Source: Eledone cirrhosa (taxonomy: Eukaryota). From it: DNA of 64,000 bases. A model generated the notes under the pieces. That model had not been told where the DNA came from, did no database searches, and saw nothing but the letters and a program-made list of their open reading frames with translations. Below are positions 12,595-26,000 of the stretch, piece by piece (the first letter of the stretch is position 1; the number at the start of each line of letters is the position of its first letter). The DNA is taken from contig OZ024743.1 in the NCBI GenBank assembly GCA_964016885.1, positions 82,088,001 to 82,152,000 on the forward strand, written 5' to 3'. The position numbers and the translations under genes were made by a program.

Positions 12595-13212
12595 AGTTTG
12601 TGTGTATGTATGTGAGTATGTATGGGAGTGCATATATGTGTGTGCATGTGAGTGTATATGTGAGTGTACATGTGTGCGCATGTATGTGAGTGTGTATGTG
12701 CGTATGTATGTATGAATATATGTATGTGCGTATATATATATGTATATGTGTGCATGTATATATGTATGTATGTGTGTATGCATGTAGGTATATATGCATG
12801 TATGTCTGTATGTGTATATACGTATGTATGTGTGTGTATGTATGTATGTGTGTATATGTATATATGTACATATGTGTATGTATATATATATGTATATATG
12901 TGTATGTATATATGTGTATGTATATATATGTATATATGTGTATGTATATATGTGCATGTATATATGTGTATGTATATATGTGTATGTATATATGTGTATG
13001 TATATATGTGTATGTATATATGTGTATACATGTGTATGTATATATGTGCATGTATATATGTGTATGTATATATGTGTATGTATATATGTGTATGTATATA
13101 TGTGTATACATGTGTATGTATATATGTGCATGTATATATGTGTATGTATATATGTGTATGTATATATGTGTATGTATATATGTGTATGTATATATGTGTG
13201 TGTGTGTATATA
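12398..13212. repeat. (TA)n then TATG-rich tract containing a 14-bp unit (TATATATGTGTATG) at ~12890-13200
   Basis: Directly visible. Confidence 0.9.
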
Positions 13213-13610
13213 TTTCTGTACATCAGAGCTGTGATTTGAGAGAGATTTAACTCCTATTACTGACATTGAGGCAGACATTTAAATATTTCCTCGTTGGTAG
13301 AAGTGAAGGAATTATATGGTTCATGCTATCAATTCCTACAACAGCCCGGCTGTAATTTGAGGGAGCTCTGACTGTTATTACTAGCATTATACCACCTACT
13401 TACACATAGGCTCGCTGAATGTGGCCTCATCTGCTTTCATAATTCAATCGTGCTTCTACTTCTTCTTCTCCCCCTTCCTCTACCCCCTGGGTATGAGTTG
13501 GTCTCATTCTTGGTCACATGATCGAGATCAATTATCAGTTATCTGTTTCTAGAGTCCACTACGAAGAGGTCGACAAATTTGAGTCCGATTCAATGATTTA
13601 TTGAATGTGG

Positions 13611-13670
13611 TGAGTGGGACTTCACTGAGTGGGACTCCACTGAGTAGAACTTCGTTGATTGGAACTTCAA
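13611..13670 (+). repeat. 15-bp minisatellite x4 (TGAGTGGGACTTCAC), progressively diverging
   Basis: tgagtgggacttcac tgagtgggactccac tgagtagaacttcgt tgattggaacttcaa. Confidence 0.8.
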
Positions 13671-13777
13671 TGGCAATTATTCCTGTCTTTCAATCAACCC
13701 TTGTTTCACTGACCAGTGGTCTTGTGACCGCCACAAGTAGGTCTAAGTCTACCACTATTTCAACTGTATAGTAACAG

Positions 13778-14030
13778 GTACCGACGCCGAGTGTTCCAAT
13801 AATTCGACTAACAATACAATTAGCTGAGCCCTTCACAGACGCGTGTACCCTTAAGGCAATTCTTGTAGAAATTTGACTTGTCAGAGTGCACCCTTTGAAT
13901 TACTGGTACAACACATTTCCTAACCTGGGTCAACTAGAATGACGTTAAGAAGTCTCCTGCTCAAAGACAGCACGTGTCACTGGGAATCACTCTCACAACC
14001 CTAAGGTCGTCAACTTAATAACACCGCCTG
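13778..14030 (-). mobile_element. Old, diverged tRNA-derived SINE of a second family, with its head abutting the satellite
   Basis: Minus strand has a decayed tRNA head (gaccttagggttgtgagagtgattcccag), then tgtctttgagcaggagactt, ttcaaagggtgcac, and ttaagggtacacgcgtctgtgaagggctcagc. It resembles a recalled octopus SINE body. Confidence 0.6.
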
Positions 14031-14044
14031 CGTCTAATAAGGTC

Positions 14045-17000
14045 AGTGGTCAGGTTGGGTTACTGGAGTTCTAGTGCTGTAGTGGTCCTGGGTCAGGTTA
14101 GGTTACTGGAGTTATAGTGTTGTAGTGGTCCTGGGTCAGGTCGGGTTACTGGAGTTCTAGTGCTGTAGTGGTCCTGGGTCAGGTTAGGTTACTGGAGTTA
14201 TAGTGTTGTAGTAGTCCTGGGTCAGGTCGGGTTACTGGAGTTCTAGTGCTGTAGTGGTCCTGGGTCAGGTTAGGTTACTGGAGTTATAGTGTTGTAGTGG
14301 TCCTGGGTCAGGTCGGGTTACTGGAGTTCTAGTGCTGTAGTGGTCCTGGGTCAGGTTAGGTTACTGGAGTTCTAGTGCTGTAGTGGTCCTGGGTCAGGTT
14401 AGGTTACTAGAGTTCTAGTGCTGTAGTGGTCCTGGGTCAGGTTGGGTTATTGGAGTTATAGTGCTGTAGTGGTCCTGGGTCAGGTTGGGTTACTGGAGTT
14501 ATAGTGTTGTAGAGACCCTGGGTCAGGTTAGGTTACTGGTGTTCTAGTGCTGTAGTGGACCTGGGTCAGGTTGGGTTACTGGAGTTCTAGTGTTGTAGTG
14601 GTCGTGGGTCAGGTTAGGTTACTGGAGTTCTAGTGCTGTAGTGGTCCTGGGTCAGGTTGGGTTACTGGAGTTATAGTGTTGTAGTGGTCCTGGGTCAGGT
14701 TGGGTTACTGGAGTTATAGTGTTGTAGAGACCCTGGGTCAGGTTAGGTTACTAGAGTTCTAGTGCTGTAGTGGTCCTGGGTCAGGTTGGGTTACTGGAGT
14801 TATAGTGTTGTAGTGGTCGTGGGTCAGGTTAGGTTACTGGAGTTCTAGTGCTGTAGTGGTCCTGGGTCAGGTTGGGTTACTGGAGTTCTAGTGCTGTAGT
14901 GGCCCTGGGTCAGGTTAGGTTGCTAGAGTTCAAGTGCTGTAGTGGTCCTGGGTCAGGTTAGGTTACTAGAGTTCTAGTGCTGTAGTGGTCCTGGGGCAGG
15001 TTGGGTTACTGGAGTTCTTGTGCTGTAGTGGTCCTGGGTCAGGTTAGGTTACTAGAGTTCTAGTGCTGTAGTGGTCCTGGGTCAGGTTAGGTTACTAGAG
15101 TTCTAGTGCTGTAGTGGTCCTGGGTCAGGTTAGGTTACTGGAGTTATAGTGTTGTAGTGGTCCTGGGTCAGGTTAGGTTACTGGAGTTATAGTGCTGTAG
15201 TGGTCCTGGGTCAGGTTAGGTTACTGGAGTTATAGTGCTGTAGTGGTCCTGGGTCAGGTTAGGTTACTGGAGTTCTAGTGCTGTAGTGGTCCTGGGTCAG
15301 GTTAGGTTACTTGAGTTCTAGTGCTGTAGTGGTCCTCGGTCAGGTTAGGTTACTGGAGTTATAGTGCTGTAGTGGTCCTGGGTCAGGTTAGGTTACTGGA
15401 GTTCTAGTGCTGTAGTGGTCCTGGGTCAGGTTAGGTTACTGGAGTTATAGTGCTGTAGTGGTCCTCGGTCAGGTTAGGTTACTGGAGTTCTAGTGCTGTA
15501 GTGGTCCTGGGTCAGGTTAGGTTACTGGAGTTCTAGTGCTGTAGTGGTCCTCGGTCAGGTTAGGTTACTGGAGTTCTAGTGCTGTAGTGGTCCTGGGTCA
15601 GGTTAGGTTACTGGAGTTATAGTGCTGTAGTGGTCCTGGGTCAGGTTAGGTTACTAGAGTTCTAGTGCTGTAGTGGTCCTGGGTCAGGTTAGGTTACTGG
15701 AGTTATAGTGCTGTAGTGGTCCTGGGTCAGGTTAGGTTACTGGAGTTCTAGTGTTGTAGAGGTCCTGGGTCAGGTTAGGTTACTGGAGTTCTAGTGCTGT
15801 AGTGGCCCTGGGTCAGGTTAGGTTACTGGTGTTATAGTGTTGTAGTGGTCCTGGGTCAGGTTAGGTTACTGGAATTCTAGTGCTGTAGTGGCCCTGGGTC
15901 AGGTTAAGTTACTGGAATTCTAGTGCTGTAGTGGTCCTGGGTCAGGTTATGTTGCTGGAGTTATAGTGCTGTAGTGGTCCTGGGTCAGGTTAGGTTACTA
16001 GAGTTCTAGTGCTGTAGTGGTCCTGGGTCAGGTTAGGTTACTGGAGTTATAGTGCTGTAGTGGTCCTGGGTCAGGTTAGGTTACTGGAGTTCTAGTGTTG
16101 TAGAGGTCCTGGGTCAGGTTGGGTTACTGGAGTTATAGTGCTGTAGTGGTCCTGGGTCAGGTTAGGTTAGTGGGGTTCTAGTGTTGTAGTGGTCCTGGGT
16201 CAGGTTAGGTTACTGGTGTTGTAGTGCTGTAGTGGTCCTGGGTCAGGTTGGGTTACTGGAGTTCTAGTGCTGTAGTGGTCCTGGTTCAGGTTGGGTTACT
16301 GGAGTTATAGTGCTGTAGTGGTCCTGGGTCAGGTTGGGTTACTGGAATTATAGTGTTGTAGTGGTCCTGGGTCAGGTTAGGTTACTGGAGTTCTAGTGCT
16401 GTAGTGGTCCTGGGTCAGGTTAGGTTACTGGAGTTATAGTGCTGTAGTGGTCCTGTGTCAGGTTAGGTTACTGGAGTTATAGTGCTGTAGTGGTCCTGGG
16501 TCAGGTTAGGTTACTGGAGTTCTAGTGCTGTAGTGGTCCTGGGTCAGGTTAGGTTACTGGAGTTATAGTGCTGTAGTGGTCCTGGGTCAGGTTAGGTTAC
16601 TGGAGTTATAGTGCTGTAGTGGTCCTGGGTCAGGTTAGGTTACTGGAGATATAGTGCTGTAGTGGTCCTGGGTCAGGTTAGGTTACTGGAGTTCTAGTGC
16701 TGTAGTGGTCCTGGGTCAGGTCGGGTTACTGGAGTTCTAGTGTTGTAGTGGTCCTGGGTCAGGTTAGGTTACTGGAGTTATAGTGCTGTAGTGGCCCTGG
16801 GTCAGGTTAAGTTACTGGAATTCTAGTGCTGTAGTGGTCCTGGGTCAGGTTATGTTGCTGGAGTTATAGTGCTGTAGTGGTCCTGGGTCAGGTTGGGTTA
16901 CTGGAGTTATAGTGCTGTAGTGGTCCTGGGTCAGGTTAGGTTAGTGGGGTTCTAGTGTTGTAGTGGTCCTGAGTCAGGTTAGGTTACTAGAGTTCTAGTG

Positions 17001-20000
17001 CTGTAGTGGTCCTGGGTAAGGTTGGGTTACTGGAGTTATAGTGCTGTAGTGGTCCTGGGTCAGGTTAGGTTAGTGGGGTTCTAGTGTTGTAGTGGTCCTG
17101 GGTCAGGTTAGGTTACTGGAGTTATAGTGCTGTAGTGGTCCTGGGTCAGGTTAGGTTACTGGAGTTGTAGTGCTGTAGTGATCCTGGGTCAGGTTAGGTT
17201 ACTAGAGTTCTAGTGCTGTAGTGGTCCTGGGTCAGTTGGGTTACTGGAGTTCTAGTGCTGTAGTGGTCCTGGTTCAGGTTGGGTTACTGGAGTTATAGTG
17301 CTGTAGTGGTCCTGGGTCAGGTTAGGTTACTGGAGTTCTAGTGCTGTAGTGGTCCTGGGTCAGGTTAGGTTACTGGAGTTATAGTGCTGTAGTGGTCCTG
17401 TGTCAGGTTAGGTTACTGGAGTTATAGTGCTGTAGTGGTCCTGGGTCAGGTTAGGTTACTGGAGTTCTAGTGTTGTAGTGGTCCTGGGTCAGGTTAGGTT
17501 ACTGGAGTTATAGTGCTGTAGTGGTCCTGGGTCAGGTTAGGTTACTGGAGTTCTAGTGCTGTAGTGGTCCTGGGTCAGGTTAGGTTCCTGGAGTTATAGT
17601 GCTGTAGTGGTCCTGGGTCAGGTTAGGTTACTGGAGATATAGTGCTGTAGTGGTCCTGGGTCAGGTTATGTTACTGGAGTTCTAGTGGTGTAGTGGTCCT
17701 GGGTCAGGTTAGGTTACTGGAGTTCTAGTGCTGTAGTGGTCCTGGGTCAGGTTAGGTTACTGGAGTTATAGGGCTGTAGTGGTCCTGGGTCAGGTTAGGT
17801 TACTGGAGTTCTAGTGTTGTAGTGGTCCTGGGTCAGGTTAGGTTACTGGAGTTATAGTGCTGTAGTGGTCCTGGGTCAGGTTGGGTTACTGGAGTTATAG
17901 TGTTGTAGTGGTCCTCTGTCAGGTTAGGTTACTGGAGTTATAGTGCTGTAGTGGTCCTGGGTCAGGTTGGGTTACTGGAGTTATAATGCTGTAGTGGTCC
18001 TGGGTTAGGTTAGGTTACTGGAGTTATAGTGCTGTAGTGGTCCTGGCTCAGGTTAGGTTACTGGAGTTGTAGTGCTGTAGTGGTCCTGGGTCAGTTGGGT
18101 TACTGGAGTTATAGTGTTGTAGTGGTCCTGGGTCAGGTCGGGTTACTGGAGTTCTAGTGCTGTAGTGGTCCTGGGTCAGGTTAGGTTACTGGAGTTATAG
18201 TGTTGTAGTGGTTCTGGGTCAGGTCGGGTTACTGGAGTTATAGTGCTGTGGTGGTCCTGGGTCAGGTTAGGTTACTGGAGTTATAGTGCTGTAGTGGTCC
18301 TGGGTCAGGTTGGGTTACTGGAGTTATAGTGTTGTAGTGGTCCTGGGTCAGGTTGGGTTACTGGAGTTATAGTGTTGTAGTGGTCCTGGGTCAGGTCGGG
18401 TTACTGGAGTTCTAGTGTTGTAGTGGTCCTGGGTCAGGTTAGGTTACAGGAGTTCTAGTGCTGTAGTGGTCCTGGGTCAGGTTGGGTTACTGGAGTTATA
18501 GTGCTGTAGTGGTCCTGGGTCAGGACGGGTTACTGGAGTTCTAGTGCTGTAGTGGCCCTGGGTCAGGTTAGGTTACTGGAATTCTAGTGCTGTAGTGGTC
18601 CTGGGTCAGGTTGGGTTCCTGGAGTTATAGTGCTGTAGTGGTCCTGAGTCAGGTTGGGTTACTGGAGTTATAGTGCTGTAGTGGCCCTGGGTCAGGTTAA
18701 GTTACTGGAATTCTAGTGCTGTAGTGGTCCTGGGTCAGGTTATGTTGCTGGAGTTATAGTGCTGTAGTGGTCCTGGGTCACGTTGGGTTACTGGAGTTAT
18801 AGTGCTGTAGTGGTCCTGGGTCAGGTTAGGTTAGTGGGGTTCTAGTGTTGTAGTTGTCCTGAGTCAGGTTAGGTTACTAGAGTTCTAGTGCTGTAGTGGT
18901 CCTGGGTAAGGTTGGGTTACTGGAGTTATAGTGCTATAGTGGTCCTGGGTCAGGTTAGGTTAGTGGGGTTCTAGTGTTGTAGTGGTCCTGGGTCAGGTTA
19001 GGTTACTGGTGTTCTAGTGCTGTAGTGGTCCTGGGTCAGGTTGGGTTACTGGAGTTCTAGTGCTGTAGAGGTCCTGGTTCAGGTTGGGTTACTGGAGTTA
19101 TAGTGCTGTAGTGATCCTGGGTCAGGTTAGGTTACTGGAGTTCTAGTGCTGTAGTAGTCCTGGGCCAGGTTAGGTTACTGGAGTTATAGTGCTGTAGTGG
19201 TCCTGTGTCAGGTTAGGTTACTGGAGTTATAGTGCTGTAGTGGTCCTGGGTCAGGTTAGGTTACTGGAGTTCTAGTGCTGTAGTGGTCCTGGGTCAGGTT
19301 AGGTTACTTGAGTTATAGTGCTGTCGTGGTCCTGGGTCAGGTTAGGTTACTGGAGTTATAGTGCTGTAGTGGTCATGGGTCAGATTAGGTTACTGGAGTT
19401 ATAGTGCTGTAGTGGTCCTGGCTCAGGTTAGGTTACAGGAGTTGTAGTGCTGTAGTGATCCTGGGTCAGGTTAGGTGGCTGGAGTTCTAGTGCTGTAGTG
19501 GTCCTGGGTCAGTTGGGTTACTGGAGTTATAGTGTTGTAGTGGTCCTGGGTCATGTCGGGTTACTGGAGTTCTAGTGCTGTAGTGGTCCTGGGTCAGGTT
19601 AGGTTACTGGAGTTATAGTGTTGTAGTGGTCCTGGGTCAGGTCGGGTTACTGGAGTTATAGTGCTGTAGTGGTCCTGGGTCAGGTTAGGTTACTGGAGTT
19701 ATAGTGCTGTAGTGGTCCTGGGTCAGGTTGGGTTACTGGAGTTATAGTGTTGTAGTGGTCCTGGGTCAGGTCGGGTTACTGGAGTTCTAGTGCTGTAGTG
19801 GTCCTGGGTCAGGTTAGGTTACTAGAGTTCTAGTGCTGTAGTGGTCCTGGGTCAGGTTAGGTTACTAGAGTTCTAGTGCTGTAGTGGTCGTGGGTCAGGT
19901 TGGGTTACTGGAGTTATAGTGTTGTAGTGGTCCTGGGTCAGGTTGGGCTACTGGAGTTATAGTGTTGTAGTGGTCCTGGGTCAGGTCGGGTTACTGGAGT

Positions 20001-23000
20001 TCTAGTGTTGTAGTGGTCCTGGGTCAGGTTAGGTTACAGGAGTTCTAGTGCTGTAGTGGTCCTGGGTCAGGTTGGGTTACTGGAGTTATAGTGTTGTAGT
20101 GGTCCTGGGTCAGGTTGGGTTACTGGAGTTATAGTGCTGTAGTGGTCCTGGGTCAGGACGGGTTACTGGAGTTCTAGTGCTGTAGTGGTCCTGGGTCAGG
20201 TTAGGTTACTGGAGTTCTAGTGTTGTAGTGGTCCTGGGTCAGGTCGGGTTACTGGAGTTCTAGTGTTGTAGTGGTCCTGGGTCAGGTTGGGTTACTGGAG
20301 TTCTAGTGTTGTAGTGGTCCTGGGTCAGGTTGGGTTACTGGAGTTATAGTGTTGTAGTGGTCCTGGGTCAGGTTGGGTTACTGGAGTTATAGTGCTGTAG
20401 TGGTCCTGGGTCAGGTTAGGTTATTAGAGTTCTAGTGCTGTAGTGGTCCTGGGTCAGGTTGGGTTACTGGAGTTATAGTGTTGTAGTGGTCCTGGGTCAG
20501 GTCGGGTTACTGGAATTCTAGTGTTGTAGTGGTCCTGGGTCAGGTTAGGTTACTGGAGTTCTAGTGCTGTAGTGGTCCTGGGTCAGGTTGGGTTATTGGA
20601 GTTATAGTGTTGTAGTGGTCCTGGGTCAGGTTGGGTTACTGGAGTTATAGTGCTGTAGTGGTCCTGGGTCAGGACGGGTTACGGGAGTTCTAGTGCTGTA
20701 GTGGTCCTGGGTCAGGTTAGGTTACTGGAGTTCTAGTGTTGTAGTGGTCCTGGGTCAGGTCGGGTTACTGGAGTTCTAGTGTTGTAGTGGTCCTGGGTCA
20801 GGTTGGGTTACTGGAGTTATAGTGTTGTAGTGGTCCTGGGTCAGGTTGGGTTACTGGAGTTATAGTGTTGTAGTGGTCCTGGGTCAGGTTGGGTTACTGG
20901 AGTTATAGTGCTGTAGTGGTCCTGGGTCAGGTTAAGTTATTAGAGTTCTAGTGCTGTAGTGGTCCTGGGTCAGGTTGGGTTACTGGAGTTATAGTGTTGT
21001 AGTGGTCCTGGGTCAGGTTGGGTTACTGGAGTTATAGTGTTGTAGTGGTCCTGGGTCAGGTTGGGTTACTGGAGTTATAGTGCTGTAGTGGTCCTGGGTC
21101 AGGTTAGGTTACTGGAGTTATAGTGTTGTAGTGGTCCTGGGTCAGGTCGGGTTACTGGAGTTATAGTGTTGTAGTGGTCCTGGGTCAGGTCGGGTTACTG
21201 GAGTTCTAGTGCTGTAGTGGTCCTGGGTCAGGTTAGGTTACTGGAGTTCTAGTGTTGTAGTGGTCCTGGGTCAGGTTAGGTTACTAGAGTTCTAGTGCTG
21301 TAGTGGTCCTGGGTCAGGTTGGGTTACTGGAGTTATAGTGCTGTAGTGGTCCTGGGTCAGGTTAGGTTACTGGAGTTATAGTGTTGTAGTGGTCCTGTGT
21401 CAGGTCGGGTTACTGGAGTTATGGTGTTGTAGTGGTCCTGGGTCAGGTTGGGTTACTGGGGTTCTAGTGTTGTAGTGGTCCTGGGTCAGGTTGGGTTACT
21501 GGAGTTCTAGTGTTGTAGTGGTCCTGGGTCAGGTTGGGTTACTGGAGTTCTAGTGCTGTAGTGGTCCTGGGTCAGGTTGGGTTACTGGAGTTCTAGTGCT
21601 GTAGTGGTCCTGGGTCAGGTTAGGTTACTGGAGTTCTAGTGCTGTAGTGGTCCTGGGTCAGGTTAGGTTACTGGAGTTCTAGTGCTGTAGTGGTCCTGGG
21701 TCAGGTTGGGTTACTGGTGTTCTAGTGCTGTAGTGGTCCTGGGTCAGGTTGGGTTACTGGGGTTCTAGTGATGTAGTGGTCCTGGGTCAGGTTGGGTTAC
21801 TGGAGTTCTAGTGTTGTATTGGTCCTGGGTCAGGTTGGGTTACTGGAGTTCTAGTGTTGTAGTGGTCCTGGGTCAGGTTGGGTTACTGGAGTTCTAGTGC
21901 TGTAGTGGTCCTGGGTCAGGTTAGGTTACTGGAGTTCTAGTGTTGTAGTGGTCCTGGGTCAGGTTGGGTTACTGGTGTTCTAGTGCTGTAGTGGTCCTGG
22001 GTCAGGTTGGGTTACTGGAGTTCTAGTGATGTAGTGGTCCTGGGTCAGGTTGGGTTACTGGAGTTCTAGTGTTGTAGTGGTCCTGGGTCAGGACGGGTTA
22101 CTGGAGTTCTAGTGCTGTAGTGGTCCTGGGTCAGGTTGGGTTACTGGAGTTATAGTGCTGTAGTGGTCCTGGGTCAGGTTGGGTTACTGGAGTTATAGTG
22201 TTGTAGTGGTCCTGGGTCAGGTTGGATTACTGGAGTTATAGTGCTGTAGTGGTCCTGGCTCAGGTTAGGTTACTGGAGTTCTAGTGTTGTAGTGGTCCTG
22301 GGTCAGGTTGGGTTACTGGAGTTCTAGTGATGTAGTGGTCCTGGGTCAGGTTAGGTTACAGGAGTTATAGTGCTGTAGTGGTCCTGGGTCAGGTTGGGTT
22401 ACTGGAGTTATAGTGCTGTAGTGGTCCTGGGTCAGGTTAGGTTACTGGAGTTATAATGCTGTAGTTGTCCTGGGTCAGGTTGGGTTACTGGAGTTATAGT
22501 GTTGTAGTGGTCCTGGGTCTGGTTGGGTTACTGGAGTTATAGTGCTGTAGTGGTCCTGGGTCAGGTTAGGTTACAGGAGTTCTAGTGCTGTAGTGGTCCT
22601 GGGTCAGGTTGGGTTACTGGAGTTATAGTGTTGTAGTGGTCCTGGGTCAGGTTGGGTTATTGGAGTTATAGTGCTGTAGTGGTCCTGGGTCAGGACGGGT
22701 TACTGGAGTTCTAGTGCTGTAGTGGTCCTGGGTCAGGTTAGGTTACTGGAGTTCTAGTGTTGTAGTGGTCCTGGGTCAGGTCGGGTTACTGGAGTTCTAG
22801 TGTTGTAGTGGTCCTGGGTCAGGTTCGGTTACTGGAGTTCTAGTGTTGTAGTGGTCCTGGGTCAGGTTGGGTTACTGGAGTTATAGTGTTGTAGTGGTCC
22901 TGGGTCAGGTTGGGTTACTGGAGTTATAGTGCTGTAGTGGTCCTGGGTCAGGTTAGGTTATTAGAGTTCTAGTGCTGTAGTGGTCCTGGGTCAGGTTGGG

Positions 23001-26000
23001 TTACTGGAGTTATAGTGTTGTAGTGGTCCAGGGTCAGGTCGGGTTACTGGAATTCTAGTGTTGTAGTGGTCCTGGGTCAGGTTAGGTTACTGGAGTTCTA
23101 GTGCTGTAGTGGTCCTGGGTCAGGTTGGGTTACTGGAGTTATAGTGTTGTAGTGGTCCTGGGTCAGGTTGGGTTACTGGAGTTATAGTGCTGTAGTGGTC
23201 CTGGGTCAGGACGGGTTACTGGAGTTCTAGTGCTGTAGTGGTCCTGGGTCAGGTTAGGTTACTGGAGTTCTAGTGTTGTAGTGGTCCTGGGTCAGGTCGG
23301 GTTACTGGAGTTCTAGTGTTGTAGTGGTCCTGGGTCAGGTTGGGTTACTGGAGTTATAGTGTTGTAGTGGTCCTGGGTCAGGTTGGGTTACTGGAGTTAT
23401 AGTGTTGTAGTGGTCCTGGGTCAGGTTGGGTTACTGGAGTTATAGTGCTGTAGTGGTCCTGGGTCAGGTTAGGTTATTAGAGTTCTAGTGCTGTAGTGGT
23501 CCTGGGTCAGGTTGGGTTACTGGAGTTATAGTGTTGTAGTGGTCCTGGGTCAGGTTGGGTTACTGGAGTTATAGTGTTGTAGTGGTCCTGGGTCAGGTTG
23601 GGTTACTGGAGTTATAGTGCTGTAGTGGTCCTGGGTTAGGTTAGGTTACTGGAGTTATAGTGTTGTAGTGGTCCTGGGTCAGGTCGGGTTACTGGAATTA
23701 TAGTGTTGTAGTGGTCCTGGGTCAGGTCGGGTTACTGGAGTTCTAGTGCTGTAGTGGTCCTGGGTCAGGTTAGGTTACTAGAGTTCTAGTGCTGTAGTGG
23801 TCCTGGGTCAGGTTAGGTTACTGGAGTTCTAGTGTTGTAGTGGTCCTGGGTCAGGTTAGGTTACTAGAGTTCTAGTGCTGTAGTGGTCCTGGGTCAGGTT
23901 GGGTTACTGGTGTTCTAGTGCTGTAGTGGTCCTGGGTCAGGTTGGGTTACTGGGGTTCTAGTGATGTAGTGGTCCTGGGTCAGGTTGGGTTACTGGAGTT
24001 CTAGTGTTGTATTGGTCCTGGGTCAGGTTGGGTTACTGGAGTTCTAGTGTTGTAGTGGTCCTGGGTCAGGTTGGGTTACTGGAGTTCTAGTGCTGTAGTG
24101 GTCCTGGGTCAGGTTAGGTTACTGGAGTTCTAGTGTTGTAGTGGTCCTGGGTCAGGTTGGGTTACTGGTGTTCTAGTGCTGTAGTGGTCCTGGGTCAGGT
24201 TGGGTTACTGGAGTTCTAGTGATGTAGTGGTACTGGGTCAGGTTGGGTTACTGGAGTTCTAGTGTTGTAGTGGTCCTGGGTCAGGTTGGGTTACTGGAGT
24301 TCTAGTGTTGTAGTGGTCCTGGGTCAGGTTGGGTTACTGGAGTTATAGTGCTGTAGTGGTCCTGGGTCAGGTTGGGTTACTGGAGTTATAGTGTTGTAGT
24401 GGTACTGGGTCAGGTTGGATTACTGGAGTTATAGTGCTGTAGTGGTCCTGGCTCAGCTTAGGTTACTGGAGTTCTAGTGTTGTAGTGGTCCTGGGTCAGG
24501 TTGGGTTACTGGAGTTCTAGTGATGTAGTGGTCCTGGGTCAGGTTAGGTTACAGGAGTTATAGTGCTGTAGTGGTCCTGGGTCAGGTTGGGTTACTGGAG
24601 TTATAGTGCTGTAGTGGTCCTGGGTCAGGTTAGGTTACTGGAGTTATAATGCTGTAGTTGTCCTGGGTCAGGTTGGGTTACTGGAGTTATAGTGTTGTAG
24701 TTGTCCAGGGTCAGGTTGGGTTACTGGAGTTATAGTGCTGTAGTGGTCCTGGGTCAGGTTAGGTTATTAGAGTTATAGTGCTGTAGTGGTCCTGGGTCAG
24801 GTTGGGTTACTGGAGTTATAGTGTTGTAGTGGTCCTGGGTCAGGTCGGGTTACTGGAGTTATAGTGTTGTAGTGGTCCTCGGTCAGGTTAGGTTACTGGA
24901 GTTCTAGTGCTGTAGTGGTCCTGGGTCAGGTTGGGTTACTGGAGTTATAGTGCTGTAGTGGTCCTGGGTCAGGACGGGTTACTGGAGTTCTAGTGTTGTA
25001 GTGGTCCTGGGTCAGGTTAGGTTACTGGAGTTCTAGTGTTGTAGTGGTCCTGGGTCAGGTTGGGTTACTGGAGTTATAGTGCTGTAGTGGTCCTGGGTCA
25101 GGACGGGTTACTGGAGTTCTAGTGCTGTAGTGGTCCTGGGTCAGGTTAGGTTACTGGAGTTCTAGTGTTGTAGTGGTCCTGGGTCAGGTCGGGTTACTGG
25201 AGTTCTAGTGTTGTAGTGGTCCTGGGTCAGGTTGGGTTACTGGAGTTCTAGTGTTGTAGTGGTCCTGGGTCAGGTTGGGTTACTGGAGTTATAGTGTTGT
25301 AGTGGTCCTGGGTCAGGTTGGGTTACTGGAGTTATAGTGCTGTAGTGGTCCTGGGTCAGGTTAGGTTATTAGAGTTCTAGTGTTGTAGTGGTCCTGGGTC
25401 AGGTTGGGTTACTGGAGTTATAGTGTTGCAGTGGTCCTGGGTCAGGTTGGGTTACTGGAGTTATAGTGTTGTAGTGGTCCTGGGTCAGGTCGGGTTACTG
25501 GAGTTCTAGTGTTGTAGTGGTCCTGGGTCAGGTTAGGTTATTAGAGTTCTAGTGCTGTAGTGGTCCTGGGTCAGGTCGGGTTACTGGAGTTCTAGTGTTG
25601 TAGTGGTCCTGGGTCAGGTTGGGTTACTGGAGTTCTAGTGTTGTAGTGGTCCTGGGTCAGGTTGGGTTACTGGAGTTATAGTGCTGTAGTGGTCCTGGGT
25701 CAGGTTAGGTTATTAGAGTTCTAGTGCTGTAGTGGTCCTGGGTCAGGTTGGGTTACTGGAGTTAAAGTGTTGTAGTGGTCCTGGGTCAAGTTGGGTTACA
25801 GGAGTTATAGTGCTGTAGTGGTCCTGGGTCAGGTTGGGTTACTGGAGTTATAGTGTTGTAGTGGTACTGGGTCAGGATGGATTACTGGAGTTATAGTGCT
25901 GTAGTGGTCCTGGCTCAGGTTAGGTTACAGGAGTTATAGTGCTGTAGTGGTCCTGGGTCAGGTTAGGTTACTGGAGTTATAGTGCTGTAGTGGTCCTGGG

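Noticed and set aside
13410-13609. Two possible + strand exons (cacatAG...GTatga; tttctAG...GTgagt)
   Set aside because: The second has stops in all three frames and the peptides are unrecognisable; splice-like motifs alone are insufficient.
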